Shown here piece after piece: positions 19,352 through 29,194 of a DNA stretch of 64,000 nt. Each line of letters opens with the position of its first letter. Position 1 is the stretch's first letter. A model generated the notes under the pieces. It was not told the DNA's origin and searched no databases. It saw only the letters and a list, made by a program, of their open reading frames with translations. The DNA is from Rubrivivax sp. (lineage in GTDB: Bacteria; Pseudomonadota; Gammaproteobacteria; Burkholderiales; Burkholderiaceae_C): contig JANMVM010000106.1 in NCBI GenBank assembly GCA_031392695.1, forward strand, positions 697-64,696, written 5' to 3'. The position numbers and the translations under genes were made by a program.

Positions 19352-20038
19352 TCAGTTCGTCGCGAAGCAGTAGAAGCGCCCGGCACCGCCGGTGCGCACC
19401 AGGGCTTCCTGGCTGCAGCCGGCCGACGGGTGCGAGAAGTTCCAGGACGTGGCCCAGTTCTCGGGCAGCGGCCCATTGCGGTCGTGGTGGCCGACGATGG
19501 CCGAGCCGTCGCCGCTGCTCGTCCAGGCCTTGCACGTGGTGTCGCCCTGCGGTGAGAAGGCGGTGCCATCCGCGCGCGAGCCGGTCAGGATGTCGTGTTC
19601 GTTGGGCTGGTCGCCGCGGCCCTTGATCGGATTGCCGCGCTCGTCGAGCGCCGTGTCCTTGCCGATCAGGTTGCCGTTGTGCAGATGGGCCACATCGCGC
19701 GCGATCAGCGCACCCTTGGCGTTGAACCAGGGGCCGCTGCCGATGCGGTCGCGGGCGTGGGTGGACGCCACGCCCGGCGTGCTGCCCTGCGGGAAGGCAG
19801 CCGGCACGCTGAGGTAGGCGCGCCAGGTCCGGCCACCGACGCCGGCCGCGGCGGCCAGCTTCTGGCACTGCGCATCGGCGCCGGTCAGCCCGCCCAGGTC
19901 GGCGCCCTTGCCGCTGCCGGCGCTGGTGATGAAGAAACCCATCGGCCCCGTCGGTGGCGACCTGGCGCAGGCGCCCAGCAGTGCGCAAGCGGCGGTGATC
20001 AGGCTCAGGGTTCGGGTTCGGGTTCGGATCAAGCGCAT
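19352..20038 (-). CDS. Secreted lipoprotein with endostatin/C-type-lectin-like fold
   Basis: Lipobox LGAC. Motifs DLGGLTGADAQCQKLA, TWRAYLS, ARDRIGSGPW, HDILTGS, GRFYCFA. Confidence 0.75.
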   Translation of the reverse strand: MRLIRTRTRTLSLITAACALLGACARSPPTGPMGFFITSAGSGKGADLGGLTGADAQCQKLAAAAGVGGRTWRAYLSVPAAFPQGSTPGVASTHARDRIGSGPWFNAKGALIARDVAHLHNGNLIGKDTALDERGNPIKGRGDQPNEHDILTGSRADGTAFSPQGDTTCKAWTSSGDGSAIVGHHDRNGPLPENWATSWNFSHPSAGCSQEALVRTGGAGRFYCFATN

Positions 20039-20244
20039 GGGACGATTCCTCGGGTGGTGGGTGTAGACCCGAGGATTACGATTGACAGTCGTGTTTCATG
20101 CCTCAGGGTGTTCCCGGGTTCGGCTTGAAACAGAATGCACACCGGCAGCCGCAAAGCACCGGCGCGGCCCACCGCGGCTAAACCCGCTGCTGCGATGCGC
20201 CATCGATCGCTACCCTCGACACCCACAACGGCAGGAGACCGACC

Positions 20245-21168
20245 ATGAGACTCACCCCCGCTCAACTCGAACAGTTCGACCGCGACGGCTACCTCTTCTT
20301 CCCCGGCCTGTTCACGCCCGAGGAAACCGCGCGCCTGAACAATGCCGTGCCGGCCCTCTATGAGCGCCGCGAGGCCTACAACGTGCGCGAAAAAGGCAAG
20401 GACGCGGTGCGCACCAACTTCGCCGCGCACCTGACCAGCGAGCCCTTCGCGCGCCTGGCCCGCCACCCGCGCATGATCGAGCCGGTGGAAGACCTGCTGG
20501 GCGAGAAGCTCTACATGCACCAGTTCAAGATCAACGGCAAGATGGCCTTCGAAGGCGACGTCTGGCAGTGGCACCAGGACTACGGCACCTGGAAGAACGA
20601 CGACCTCATGCCCACCGAGCGGGCCATGAACGTGGCCATCTTCCTGGACGAGGTGAACGAGTTCAACGGGCCGCTGATGTTCATCCCCGGCAGCCACCGG
20701 GGTGGCGTCGTTGAAGCCCAACACGATCTCACCACCACCAGCTACCCGCTGTGGACGGTGGACCACGATCTGATCACGCAGCTCGTGGCGCGCGCCGGGG
20801 GCCCCGGCGGCTTCGACGACGCCGGTCGCTATGTACCGGGGGGCATCGTCAGCCCGAAGGGCCCGGCCGGCTCGATGATCCTCTTCCACAGCTGCATGGT
20901 GCACGCCAGCACCAGCAACCTGAGCCCCTGGAACCGCGTCAGCGTCTACCTGAGCCTGTGCGCGGTCAGCAACCACATCCGCCGCCCCAAGCGGCCCGAA
21001 TACATCGCCCACCGCGACTTCACGCCCATCGCCTGCCTGCCCGACGATTGCCTGCTGCAGGACTACGCGGTCAACGTGCCGTGGCAGCACGGCCTGCCGG
21101 CCAGCGCGCTGGTGACGAGCGAAGTGCCATTCGAAACCGCAGCCGCACAAGTCAAGGAAACCGCCTGA
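20245..21168 (+). CDS. PhyH/EctD-like Fe(II)/2OG dioxygenase
   Basis: YMHQFKINGK, WQWHQDYGTWKNDDLMP, FLDEVNEFNGPL, PGSH, distal VHAS. Confidence 0.9.
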   Translation: MRLTPAQLEQFDRDGYLFFPGLFTPEETARLNNAVPALYERREAYNVREKGKDAVRTNFAAHLTSEPFARLARHPRMIEPVEDLLGEKLYMHQFKINGKMAFEGDVWQWHQDYGTWKNDDLMPTERAMNVAIFLDEVNEFNGPLMFIPGSHRGGVVEAQHDLTTTSYPLWTVDHDLITQLVARAGGPGGFDDAGRYVPGGIVSPKGPAGSMILFHSCMVHASTSNLSPWNRVSVYLSLCAVSNHIRRPKRPEYIAHRDFTPIACLPDDCLLQDYAVNVPWQHGLPASALVTSEVPFETAAAQVKETA

Positions 21169-22517
21169 TGAGCCTGCACCGCAAGCTGGCCGAGCGCGCC
21201 GCCGCCGGGCGACCGATTCGCGTCGGCCTGATCGGCGCCGGCAAGTTCGGCAGCATGTACCTGGCCCAGGTGCCACGCACGCCGGGCGTGCACCTGGTGG
21301 GCATCGCCGACCTCGCGCCCGATGCCGCCTGCCGCAACCTGGCGCGCGTCGGCTGGGAGCCGCAGCGCGTGCAGGCTGCGAGCCTGGACGCGGCCTTGCG
21401 CGACGGCAACACCCACGTCGGTGACGACTGGCAGGCGCTGGTGCGCCACCCCGGCATCGACCTCATCGTCGAGAGCACCGGCGCGCCGATCGCCGCCGTC
21501 GACCACATCCTTGAAGCCTTCGCGCAAGGCAAGCACGTCGTCAACGTGACGGTCGAGGCCGACGCATTCTGCGGCCCGCTTCTGGCGCAGCGGGCGGCGC
21601 GCGCGGGGGTGCTGTACTCGCTGGCCTTCGGCGACCAGCCGGCGCTGATCTGCGACCTGGTGGACTGGGCGCGCACCTGCGGCTTCCCGGTGGTGGCGGC
21701 CGGGCGCGGCCACAAATGGCTGCCGCACTTCAGCGACAGCACGCCCGAGACGGTGTGGGGCCACTACGGCCTGACGCCCGAGCAGGCCGCGCGCGGCGGC
21801 CTGAATCCGAAGATGTTCAACAGCTTCCTCGACGGCAGCAAGCCCAGCATCGAGTGCACCGCGGTGGCCAACGCCACCGGGCTGGCGGTGCCCGGCAACG
21901 GTCTGCTCTACCCGCCGGCCAGCGTCGAGGACATCCCCTTCGTCACGCGCCCGATCAGCGAGGGCGGTGTGCTCGAGAAAAAAGGCATGGTCGAGGTCAT
22001 CTCGTCGCTGGAAACCGACGGCCGCCGGATCCCCTATGACATCCGCATGGGCGTGTGGGTCACGGTCGAGGGCGAGACCGAGTACATCCGCAACTGCTTC
22101 GAGGAATACAACGCCCACACCGACCCCTCGGGCCGCTACTTCACGCTCTACAAGCGCTGGCACCTGATCGGACTGGAGGTCGGCTACTCGGTGGCCAGCG
22201 TGATGCTGCGCCAGGAAGCCACTGGGGTTGCGCAGGGCTGGAATGCCGACGTCGTGGCCACCGCCAAGCGCGACCTCGCGGTGGGCGAGGTGCTCGACGG
22301 CGAAGGCGGCTACACGGTGTGGGGCAAGCTGTTGCCGGCCGCCACCTCGCGCGCGCTGGGCGGCGTCGGCGGTCTGCCGCTGGGGCTGGCGCACGGGCCG
22401 AAGCTGGTGCGCGCGGTGAAGAAGGGGCAGAGCCTGAGCTGGGCCGACGTGGCCATCGACACCACGACCCGGGCCTACACATTGCGGCGCGAGATGGAGC
22501 AGCTGTTCACCGCCTGA
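21168..22517 (+). CDS. NAD(P)-dependent oxidoreductase, homoserine-dehydrogenase-like with C-terminal SAF domain
   Basis: GLIGAGKFG Rossmann motif, GDQPALIC, SFLDGSK, AKRDLAVGEVLDGEGGY SAF segment. Start overlaps the dioxygenase stop (TGATG). Confidence 0.88.
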   Translation: MSLHRKLAERAAAGRPIRVGLIGAGKFGSMYLAQVPRTPGVHLVGIADLAPDAACRNLARVGWEPQRVQAASLDAALRDGNTHVGDDWQALVRHPGIDLIVESTGAPIAAVDHILEAFAQGKHVVNVTVEADAFCGPLLAQRAARAGVLYSLAFGDQPALICDLVDWARTCGFPVVAAGRGHKWLPHFSDSTPETVWGHYGLTPEQAARGGLNPKMFNSFLDGSKPSIECTAVANATGLAVPGNGLLYPPASVEDIPFVTRPISEGGVLEKKGMVEVISSLETDGRRIPYDIRMGVWVTVEGETEYIRNCFEEYNAHTDPSGRYFTLYKRWHLIGLEVGYSVASVMLRQEATGVAQGWNADVVATAKRDLAVGEVLDGEGGYTVWGKLLPAATSRALGGVGGLPLGLAHGPKLVRAVKKGQSLSWADVAIDTTTRAYTLRREMEQLFTA

Positions 22518-22562
22518 TCCTGCGCAGCCGCAGGCCTGGGCAGCGGCGTCAGCTGCTACCGA

Positions 22563-24260
22563 TCAGCCGGCGCCGATCAGCGCCTGCAGGGTCTGCAGCG
22601 TGTCGGCCTCGTGCAGCGGCTTGTCGTCGCGCAGGCGCAGCATGCGCGGGAAGCGCACTGCCACGCCGCTCTTGTGGCGCGGGCTGCGGTCGATGCCTTC
22701 GAAAGCGAGCTCGAACACGAGCGTCGGCCGCACGCTGCGCACGGGTCCGAACTTCTCCAGCGTGGTGGCGCGGATGACGCGGTCGACGGCCTTGAACTCG
22801 TCGTCGCTCAGGCCCGAGTAGGCCTTGGCAAAAGGCAGCAACTGCAACTGCGGCGATTCAGCCGGCGGCGCCGGGTCGCGCCGCGTGATGGCTTCGAGCA
22901 CCGCCTGCGCTTCCTGCGCGCCGGCCGGTGCGCGGCTCCACACCGCGAAGGTGTAGTCGGTGTAGACGCTGGCGCGCCGGCCGTGCCCGGCCTGGGCGTA
23001 GACGAGCACGGCGTCCACCGTCAGCGGCTCGACCTTCCACTTCCACCAGGTGCCGTCGCTCTGGGTGCGGCCGCTGCCGTAGCGCGACGCCAGGTGCTTG
23101 AGCATGAAGCCTTCAACGCCGCGCTGGCGCGACTGCTGGCGCAAGGTCGCCAGCGCCGTCCAGTCCTCAGCCTGCACTTGGGGCGACAGGCGCAGCGGAC
23201 CCCCGCTGAGCAAGCTTTCAAGCCGCGCCCGGCGCCCGGCCTGCGGCTGCACGCGCAGGTCCTGGCCGGCCTGCTCCAGCAGGTCGTAGGCGACGAAGAC
23301 CACGGGTGCGTCGGCCAGCAGCTTGCGCGGCAGCGTCTTGCGGTTGAGGCGCTGCTGCAGCGTCTTGAAGGCCCCCGGCGTGTCGCTGCCGGCCGGCCAC
23401 ACCAGCAGCTCGCCGTCGAGCACCGTGCCCTCGGGCAAGGCGGCGGCCTGCGCCACCACCTCGGGGAATCGTTCGCTGACCAGCTCTTCGCCGCGCGACC
23501 AGATCCAGACCTGGCCGGCGCGTTTGACGATCTGGGCGCGCATGCCGTCGTACTTCCACTCGACGAGCCAGTCCTGCAGCGCGCCCAGCGTCTGCGGCTC
23601 GGCCTGCAGTGCGTGGGCCAGGAAGAAAGGGTAGGGCTGCCCCGTCGGGCCGCCACCACTGTCGGCAGCAGCGACGAGCTCGCGCCAGCGCGCGGCGCTG
23701 GGCGTGTGGCGCGCATCGGTCCAGCCCACCAGGCGCTGCGCCAGCAGCTGGGCGTCGAGGCCGGTCCAGGCGGCCAGCGCGCGCTGCACCAGCAGCTTGC
23801 CGACGCCAACGCGGAAGCCGCCGCCAATGAGCTTGACGAGCAGGAAACGCCCCGCCGCGTCGAGCTCGCCCCAATACGCCGCGAGCCGCTGCGACTGCTC
23901 GGCGCCTGCCAGGCCGCGCAGCGGCAGCAGGCGTTCTTGCAGCCACGCGGCCAGACCCAGCGGTTGCGCTGCGGCCTGGCCAGCCGGCGGCAGGATGAGG
24001 GCGATGGTCTCGGCGAGGTCGCCCACGGCCTGGTAGCAGGCGTCGAAGAGCCAGGCGTCGACGCCCGCCAGGCGGCAGGCGGCGTCGCGCATCACCACCG
24101 TGGGCACGAGCCGGCGTGGCTTGCCGCCGGCCAGGAAATACACCGCCCAGGCCGCGTCTTCGCCATCGGCCTGGGCGAAATAGCGCACCAGCGCGTCGAC
24201 CTTGTCGGCAGTGGCGGTGCTGGCGTCGAGCGCCTCGAAGAGCCCAGCGAAGGATTGCAT
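22563..24260 (-). CDS. ATP-dependent DNA ligase
   Basis: Motif I EWKYDGMRAQ, LDGEL, EGFMLK, WWKWK, GVAVRFPRM. Confidence 0.93.
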   Translation of the reverse strand: MQSFAGLFEALDASTATADKVDALVRYFAQADGEDAAWAVYFLAGGKPRRLVPTVVMRDAACRLAGVDAWLFDACYQAVGDLAETIALILPPAGQAAAQPLGLAAWLQERLLPLRGLAGAEQSQRLAAYWGELDAAGRFLLVKLIGGGFRVGVGKLLVQRALAAWTGLDAQLLAQRLVGWTDARHTPSAARWRELVAAADSGGGPTGQPYPFFLAHALQAEPQTLGALQDWLVEWKYDGMRAQIVKRAGQVWIWSRGEELVSERFPEVVAQAAALPEGTVLDGELLVWPAGSDTPGAFKTLQQRLNRKTLPRKLLADAPVVFVAYDLLEQAGQDLRVQPQAGRRARLESLLSGGPLRLSPQVQAEDWTALATLRQQSRQRGVEGFMLKHLASRYGSGRTQSDGTWWKWKVEPLTVDAVLVYAQAGHGRRASVYTDYTFAVWSRAPAGAQEAQAVLEAITRRDPAPPAESPQLQLLPFAKAYSGLSDDEFKAVDRVIRATTLEKFGPVRSVRPTLVFELAFEGIDRSPRHKSGVAVRFPRMLRLRDDKPLHEADTLQTLQALIGAG

Positions 24261-24285
24261 GGCGGCATCATGCCGCCTGGCGCGC

Positions 24286-24759
24286 TCAGGCGCTGGTGTC
24301 GGCCTCGGCGTCGCCCTCGGTGTCGACCTCGGGCACCGGTGCACGCACCACCGTCACCGGCACCGGGCTGTGGCGCAACAGCGCCAGCGTCACCGAGCCC
24401 AGGGCGGTGGCGCTGCCGCCCTCGCCGCTGGCGCCCATGAAGACCGCGTCGCAGCCGTAGTTCTCGATCAGGTCGACGAGCATGTGGCCGGGGTCGCCAC
24501 CGGCGACCTCGAGCTCGCAACGCGCGCCGGCTGCCGCGATCAGCGCCTCGGCCGGGGCCAGCTGGCTGGCGCCGACCGCGGCGCGCACGGCATCGAGCAC
24601 GCTGGCGTCGTGCACCACCACCACGTCGTACAAGGTGGGCGGCTCCTGCACGTTGGCCAGCACGAAGTCAGCCTGCAGCCCGGCGCGGCGCCACGACAGG
24701 GCCAGGTGCACGGCGGCCATGGCATCGGCCGAGCCGTCAACCGGCAGCAGAATCTTCAT
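24286..24759 (-). CDS. Universal stress protein
   Basis: ILLPVDGS N-terminus, GDP...CDAVFMGASG, LGSVTLALLRHSPVPVTVV. Confidence 0.9.
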   Translation of the reverse strand: MKILLPVDGSADAMAAVHLALSWRRAGLQADFVLANVQEPPTLYDVVVVHDASVLDAVRAAVGASQLAPAEALIAAAGARCELEVAGGDPGHMLVDLIENYGCDAVFMGASGEGGSATALGSVTLALLRHSPVPVTVVRAPVPEVDTEGDAEADTSA

Positions 24760-24889
24760 CGGGGTCTCCAGTGCAAGGATGCAATGCGGCCAGCCTACGC
24801 CCTGGCGGCGGCGCGCGCCAGCGGGCCGGGCCCGCGTCGGCAGCCGCGTTGACGCGGGTCAAACATCGACCGGCTGATCGGCCCCGGCA

Positions 24890-25981
24890 TCAGCGCCGAG
24901 GTCTGGCGCCGAGGTCTGGTGCCGGATCCAGCGTCGCGACTTCCGGCGCTTCGTCGTCGTGGCCGAACTCGGTGCTGAAGCTGCCCGCCTGCAGGCCCTG
25001 CTGCTGCAGCCAGCGCACCATCACGGCTTCGTAGCCGTGGGTCACGATGACGCGGCTGGCTGAAGTTGCCACGATGGCGCGCTGCAGGCCGGGCCAGTCG
25101 GCGTGGTCGCTGAGCACGAAGCCACGGTCGAGGCCCTGGCGCCGGCGCGCGCCGCGCAGTTGCATCCAGCCGCTGGCAAACGCGTCGCTGCACTCGCCGA
25201 GCTGGCGCGCCCAGGCGCTGCCCAGCACCGCAGGCGGCGCGATGACGAGCGCGCGGCGCAGCACGGCGCGGTCGTCCAGATCCTGCAGCCGGCGCGTCGC
25301 CGGCAGCGCCACGCCGGCGGCGCGATAGGCCTCGTTCAGCGGCTCCACCGCGCTGTGCGTGACGATGGGGCCGATCGACGCGTCCACCCCCGCCAGCAGG
25401 CGCTGCGCCTTGCCCAAGCTGTAGCCCAGCAGCAGGCTGGCGCGGCCGGTGTCGGCATTGGCCTGCCACCAGGCGTTGATCTGCGCCATCACTTCGGCCT
25501 GGGGCCGCCAGCGGTAGATCGGCAGGCCGAAGGTGCTTTCGGTGATGAAGCAATCGCAGCGCACCGGCTCGAAGGGCGTGCAGGTGCTGTTGACGTCGTC
25601 GGCGTGGCCGCTCGTGAAGTAGTCGCCCGAGGCGACCCAGACGCGGCCACCGTGCTCGACGCGCACCTGGGCCGAGCCGAGCACGTGGCCGGCCGGGTGC
25701 AGGCTGACGCGCACGCCGGCCAGGTCCACCACTTCGCCGTAGCGCAGGCCCTGCAGCGTGATGGCGCCCAGGCGCGCGCGCAGCACGCCTTCGCTCGCCG
25801 CCGTGGCCAGGTAGGCGCCATGGCCGCGGCGGGCATGGTCGGCGTGGGCGTGGGTGATGACGGCGCGCTCGACGGGCCGCCAGGGGTCGATGAAAAAGCC
25901 GCCGGCGGGGCAGTAGAGCCCCTCGGGCCGCAGCACGATGAGGTCGCCGGCGGAGTCCGCTGCGCTCGCCACGGCGGCCAC
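24890..25981 (-). CDS. Ligase-associated DNA damage response exonuclease (MBL/beta-CASP)
   Basis: ITHAHADHAR, PAGHVLGS, ITESTFGLP, LSDHADW. Confidence 0.92.
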   Translation of the reverse strand: MAAVASAADSAGDLIVLRPEGLYCPAGGFFIDPWRPVERAVITHAHADHARRGHGAYLATAASEGVLRARLGAITLQGLRYGEVVDLAGVRVSLHPAGHVLGSAQVRVEHGGRVWVASGDYFTSGHADDVNSTCTPFEPVRCDCFITESTFGLPIYRWRPQAEVMAQINAWWQANADTGRASLLLGYSLGKAQRLLAGVDASIGPIVTHSAVEPLNEAYRAAGVALPATRRLQDLDDRAVLRRALVIAPPAVLGSAWARQLGECSDAFASGWMQLRGARRRQGLDRGFVLSDHADWPGLQRAIVATSASRVIVTHGYEAVMVRWLQQQGLQAGSFSTEFGHDDEAPEVATLDPAPDLGARPRR

Positions 25982-25985
25982 GGCT

Positions 25986-27059
25986 TCAGCGCGGTGAGCG
26001 GGGCGAGCGCGGCATCAGGAAGGTCTGGCGCAGGTCGAGCGTCGAGCGCACGCCGACGCTGGCGCGGTGCGCGTGCAGCCAGCGTTCGGCAGCGGCACGG
26101 CCCAGCGCATGCAGCGCTTCGAGGAAGGCGCGCTCGGTGTTGAGCTTGCTCGACGCGGTCAGCGGCGCCAGGCCTTCCTCGTCGGCCACCATGTGCAGGC
26201 GCAGGTTCTTGTACTCGCCCGGCTCGACGCGACCCTCGTCGACCAGCTTCTGCACGAAGGCGATGGCGCGCATCTCGCCCACGAGACCGGCGTTGAAGGT
26301 GATCTCGTTGATGCGGTCGGCGATCTCCTCGGCCGTGTCGGGCGTGCCCGGTCGCAGCAGCGGATTGATCTTGACCAGCAGCACGTCGAGCGCCTCGGTG
26401 TTGTAGATCAGCGGCCAGAGCGCCGGGTTGCCGCTGTAGCCGCCGTCCCAGTAGGGCTGGCCGTCGATCTCGACGGCGCGAAAGAGCTGCGGCAGGCAGG
26501 CCGAAGCCAGCAGCGCGTCGATGCTCAGGTCTTGACGGTCGAAGACCCGCGGCTGGCCCGTCTGCACCGAGGTGGCGGTGATGAACAGCGCCAGCGGCCC
26601 GTGGCGCAGCACCTGCGGCTGGACGTGGCGCTGCAGCACCTGGCGCAGCGGGTTGCTGCCCAGCGGGTTGAACTGGTAGGGGCTGAACCAGCGCGTGAAC
26701 TGCTGCGTCCAGGCATAGAAGGGATTCATGTCGAGGTTGAAGCCGGCGATGCCGGCTGGCGCGCCGAAGCAACCACCCAGCGCTGTGGACTGGCCGGCGA
26801 CGTCGAGCCAGAAGGCGCGCAGCGCGGCCTGCGCACCGCTGCGCCCGCCGCTGGCCCAGCCGGTGGCCAGCACGGCTGCATTGAGCGCGCCGGCACTGGT
26901 GCCCGAGATGCCCGCGATGGGCAGCGTGGTGTCGTCGAGCAGGCGGTCGAGAACGCCCCAGGTGAAGGCGCCGTGCGAGCCGCCGCCTTGCAGGGCCAGG
27001 TCGATGGCGGCGTGCGGACGTTGGCTGCGCGTGAGGCGGGGGGTGCGGGGTTTGGCCAT
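25986..27059 (-). CDS. Patatin-like phospholipase
   Basis: QGGGSHG, GTSAG nucleophile elbow, DGG motif. Confidence 0.92.
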   Translation of the reverse strand: MAKPRTPRLTRSQRPHAAIDLALQGGGSHGAFTWGVLDRLLDDTTLPIAGISGTSAGALNAAVLATGWASGGRSGAQAALRAFWLDVAGQSTALGGCFGAPAGIAGFNLDMNPFYAWTQQFTRWFSPYQFNPLGSNPLRQVLQRHVQPQVLRHGPLALFITATSVQTGQPRVFDRQDLSIDALLASACLPQLFRAVEIDGQPYWDGGYSGNPALWPLIYNTEALDVLLVKINPLLRPGTPDTAEEIADRINEITFNAGLVGEMRAIAFVQKLVDEGRVEPGEYKNLRLHMVADEEGLAPLTASSKLNTERAFLEALHALGRAAAERWLHAHRASVGVRSTLDLRQTFLMPRSPRSPR

Positions 27060-27119
27060 GGCCGGAGGTTAACCGCGCCGCCCGGGACACGCGCCGGGCC
27101 GACGCGCGCGACTTCGACT

Positions 27120-28391
27120 TCAGTAACGCCCGGTGATACCGGCCACGCGCAGGTAGACGTTGGCCACCCAGGCCACCAGCACGCGGTGCATCCAGCCGCG
27201 CAGGCCGGGACGCACGGGGGGGTCGGCAACCTCGGCCGAGGCCGCGAAGGCTTCTTCAAAGCGCGCCAACAGCGCGCGCGCGAACTCGGCGTCGCGCACC
27301 ACGACATTGGCCTCCAGATTGAGCAACAGGCTCAGCGGATCGATGTTGCTGCTGCCCACGGTGGCCCAGTCCTCGTCCACCACCGCCACCTTGGCGTGCA
27401 GGAAGGCCGGCGTGTACTCGAAGATGCGGATGCCGGTGCCGCGCATCTCGCCGTACAGCGCCTGCGCCGCGAGTGCGGCGATGCGGTAATCGACCTTGCC
27501 CTGCAGCAGGAGCCGCACGCGCACGCCGCGCCGGGCCGCCCGGCGCAGCGCGGTGCGAAAGCCATGGCCGGGGTAGAAGTAGGGCACCGCGATGTCGACG
27601 CTCACGCGCGCATGGCGGATCGCCTCGACGTAGCTGCGCTCGATCGAGCGGCGCTGGCGCAGGTTGTCGCGCACCAGGAATGCGGCGCGCACCGGCTCGG
27701 GCTCGACGTCGGCCGGCGGCTCGGGGCTGCTGCTCAGGTCGCGCAGCAGCGTCATCGCCTCTTTCACCGGCCGCGCGCTGCGCGCGATCGCGCGCACCTC
27801 GTCGCGCCAGCCGCGCCACAGGTGCGAGCGGGCCCACATCGCGCGCGCCGTGGCTTGCACGGCCTGCGCCAGAGGGCCCTCCACCGCGACCGCGAAGTCC
27901 AGCCGCGGCGCGTCGGTCCAGCCGTGGTTCATGTCGTGGCGGTCGTCGATGATGTTGATGCCGCCGACGAAGGCCAGCTTGTCGTCGCACACACACAGCT
28001 TCTGGTGCAGCCGCCGCAACTGGCCCGGTTGCAGCCACGCGTACCAGCGGTCGAGCGGGCGGAAGACCTCCAGCCGCACCGCGGTGCCGGCGAACATGGC
28101 GCGCACCCGGCCCAGGGTGGCGATGGAGCCGAAGCCGTCGACCACCACGTGCACCGCGACGCCGCGCGCGGCGGCGAGCTTGAGCGCATCGGCCACCAGC
28201 GTGGCAGCCGGGTCGTCGTGGAAGATGTAGGTCGCCAGCCAGACCTCGCGTTGTGCTGCGGCAATGGCCTGGCACATGCGCGGGAACAGTGCATCACCGC
28301 CCTGCAGCAGTTCGACCCGGTTGCCGCCCAGGAAGCGCGGCACCGGCACCTGGGCCCAGCCCTGGAGTGTGGCGCGCAGCGGTTCGGGCAT
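27120..28391 (-). CDS. clsB: Cardiolipin synthase B
   Basis: Two HKD-type motifs (LHQKLCVCD, LHAKVAVVD), GSSNID, no N-terminal TM helices, downstream of an EEP gene as in ybhP-clsB. Confidence 0.88.
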   Translation of the reverse strand: MPEPLRATLQGWAQVPVPRFLGGNRVELLQGGDALFPRMCQAIAAAQREVWLATYIFHDDPAATLVADALKLAAARGVAVHVVVDGFGSIATLGRVRAMFAGTAVRLEVFRPLDRWYAWLQPGQLRRLHQKLCVCDDKLAFVGGINIIDDRHDMNHGWTDAPRLDFAVAVEGPLAQAVQATARAMWARSHLWRGWRDEVRAIARSARPVKEAMTLLRDLSSSPEPPADVEPEPVRAAFLVRDNLRQRRSIERSYVEAIRHARVSVDIAVPYFYPGHGFRTALRRAARRGVRVRLLLQGKVDYRIAALAAQALYGEMRGTGIRIFEYTPAFLHAKVAVVDEDWATVGSSNIDPLSLLLNLEANVVVRDAEFARALLARFEEAFAASAEVADPPVRPGLRGWMHRVLVAWVANVYLRVAGITGRY

Positions 28392-28396
28392 GGCGC

Positions 28397-29194
28397 TCAG
28401 TCGGCTTCGAGCTCGGCCACCAGCGGCAGGTGGTCGGACATGCGCGCCCAGCTCACGCCGCGCGGCACCAGGGTCGTGCGGCAGATCAGGCCGCGCAAGT
28501 AGAAGCGGTCGAGCGCAAACAGCGGCGCGATCGAGGGAAAGGTGGCGGCCCGGTCGGCCGGGCCGGCCGCGACGGCACGGTGCAGCCCCAGGGCTTGCAT
28601 CGGCGCATCGAGCCGCTCGCCCCAGTCGTTGAAGTCGCCGGCCACCACCAGCATGGCATCGGCCGGCACTTCGGTCTTGAGGAAGTGGGCCAGGCGCTGC
28701 ACCTGGCGCACGCGGCCGGCATGGCCGAGACCGAAGTGCACCACCACGGCGTGCACGGTGCTGCCGTTCCAGATCACCGGCACATGCAGCAGGCCGCGTT
28801 GCTCGAAGCGGTGGTCACTGACGTCGTGGTGGCCGACGTCACCCATCGGCCAGCGCGACAACAGCGCATTGCCGTGCTCGCCACCGCGCGTGACGGCGTT
28901 GGTGCGGTAGGCCACCTCGTAGCCTTCGGGCGCCAGGAACTCGGCCTGACCCTGCGCGGGCCAGCCGAAGTGCGTGCGCTCGAAACGGCGCGCTTCGCGG
29001 TGGTGGAACAGGCGCACCTCCTGCAGAAACACGAGGTCGGCGTCCAGTGCTTCGACGGCCAGCCCGAGGTTGTGGATCTCCAACCGCTTGCGCGGCCCCA
29101 GCCCGCGCACGCCCTTGTGGATGTTGTAGGTGGCCACGCGCAGCGCGCTCAGGCCAGTGTAGGGCGGCAGCTGAGACGACAGCGGTGGGTTCAT
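28397..29194 (-). CDS. Endonuclease/exonuclease/phosphatase family protein (YbhP-like)
   Basis: ATYNIHKG, LQEV, GDFNDW, SDHLPL. Confidence 0.92.
   Translation of the reverse strand: MNPPLSSQLPPYTGLSALRVATYNIHKGVRGLGPRKRLEIHNLGLAVEALDADLVFLQEVRLFHHREARRFERTHFGWPAQGQAEFLAPEGYEVAYRTNAVTRGGEHGNALLSRWPMGDVGHHDVSDHRFEQRGLLHVPVIWNGSTVHAVVVHFGLGHAGRVRQVQRLAHFLKTEVPADAMLVVAGDFNDWGERLDAPMQALGLHRAVAAGPADRAATFPSIAPLFALDRFYLRGLICRTTLVPRGVSWARMSDHLPLVAELEAD

Noticed and set aside
20245-21168. Calling this gene ectD
   Set aside because: The signature deviates from the EctD consensus and no ectoine pathway genes are present
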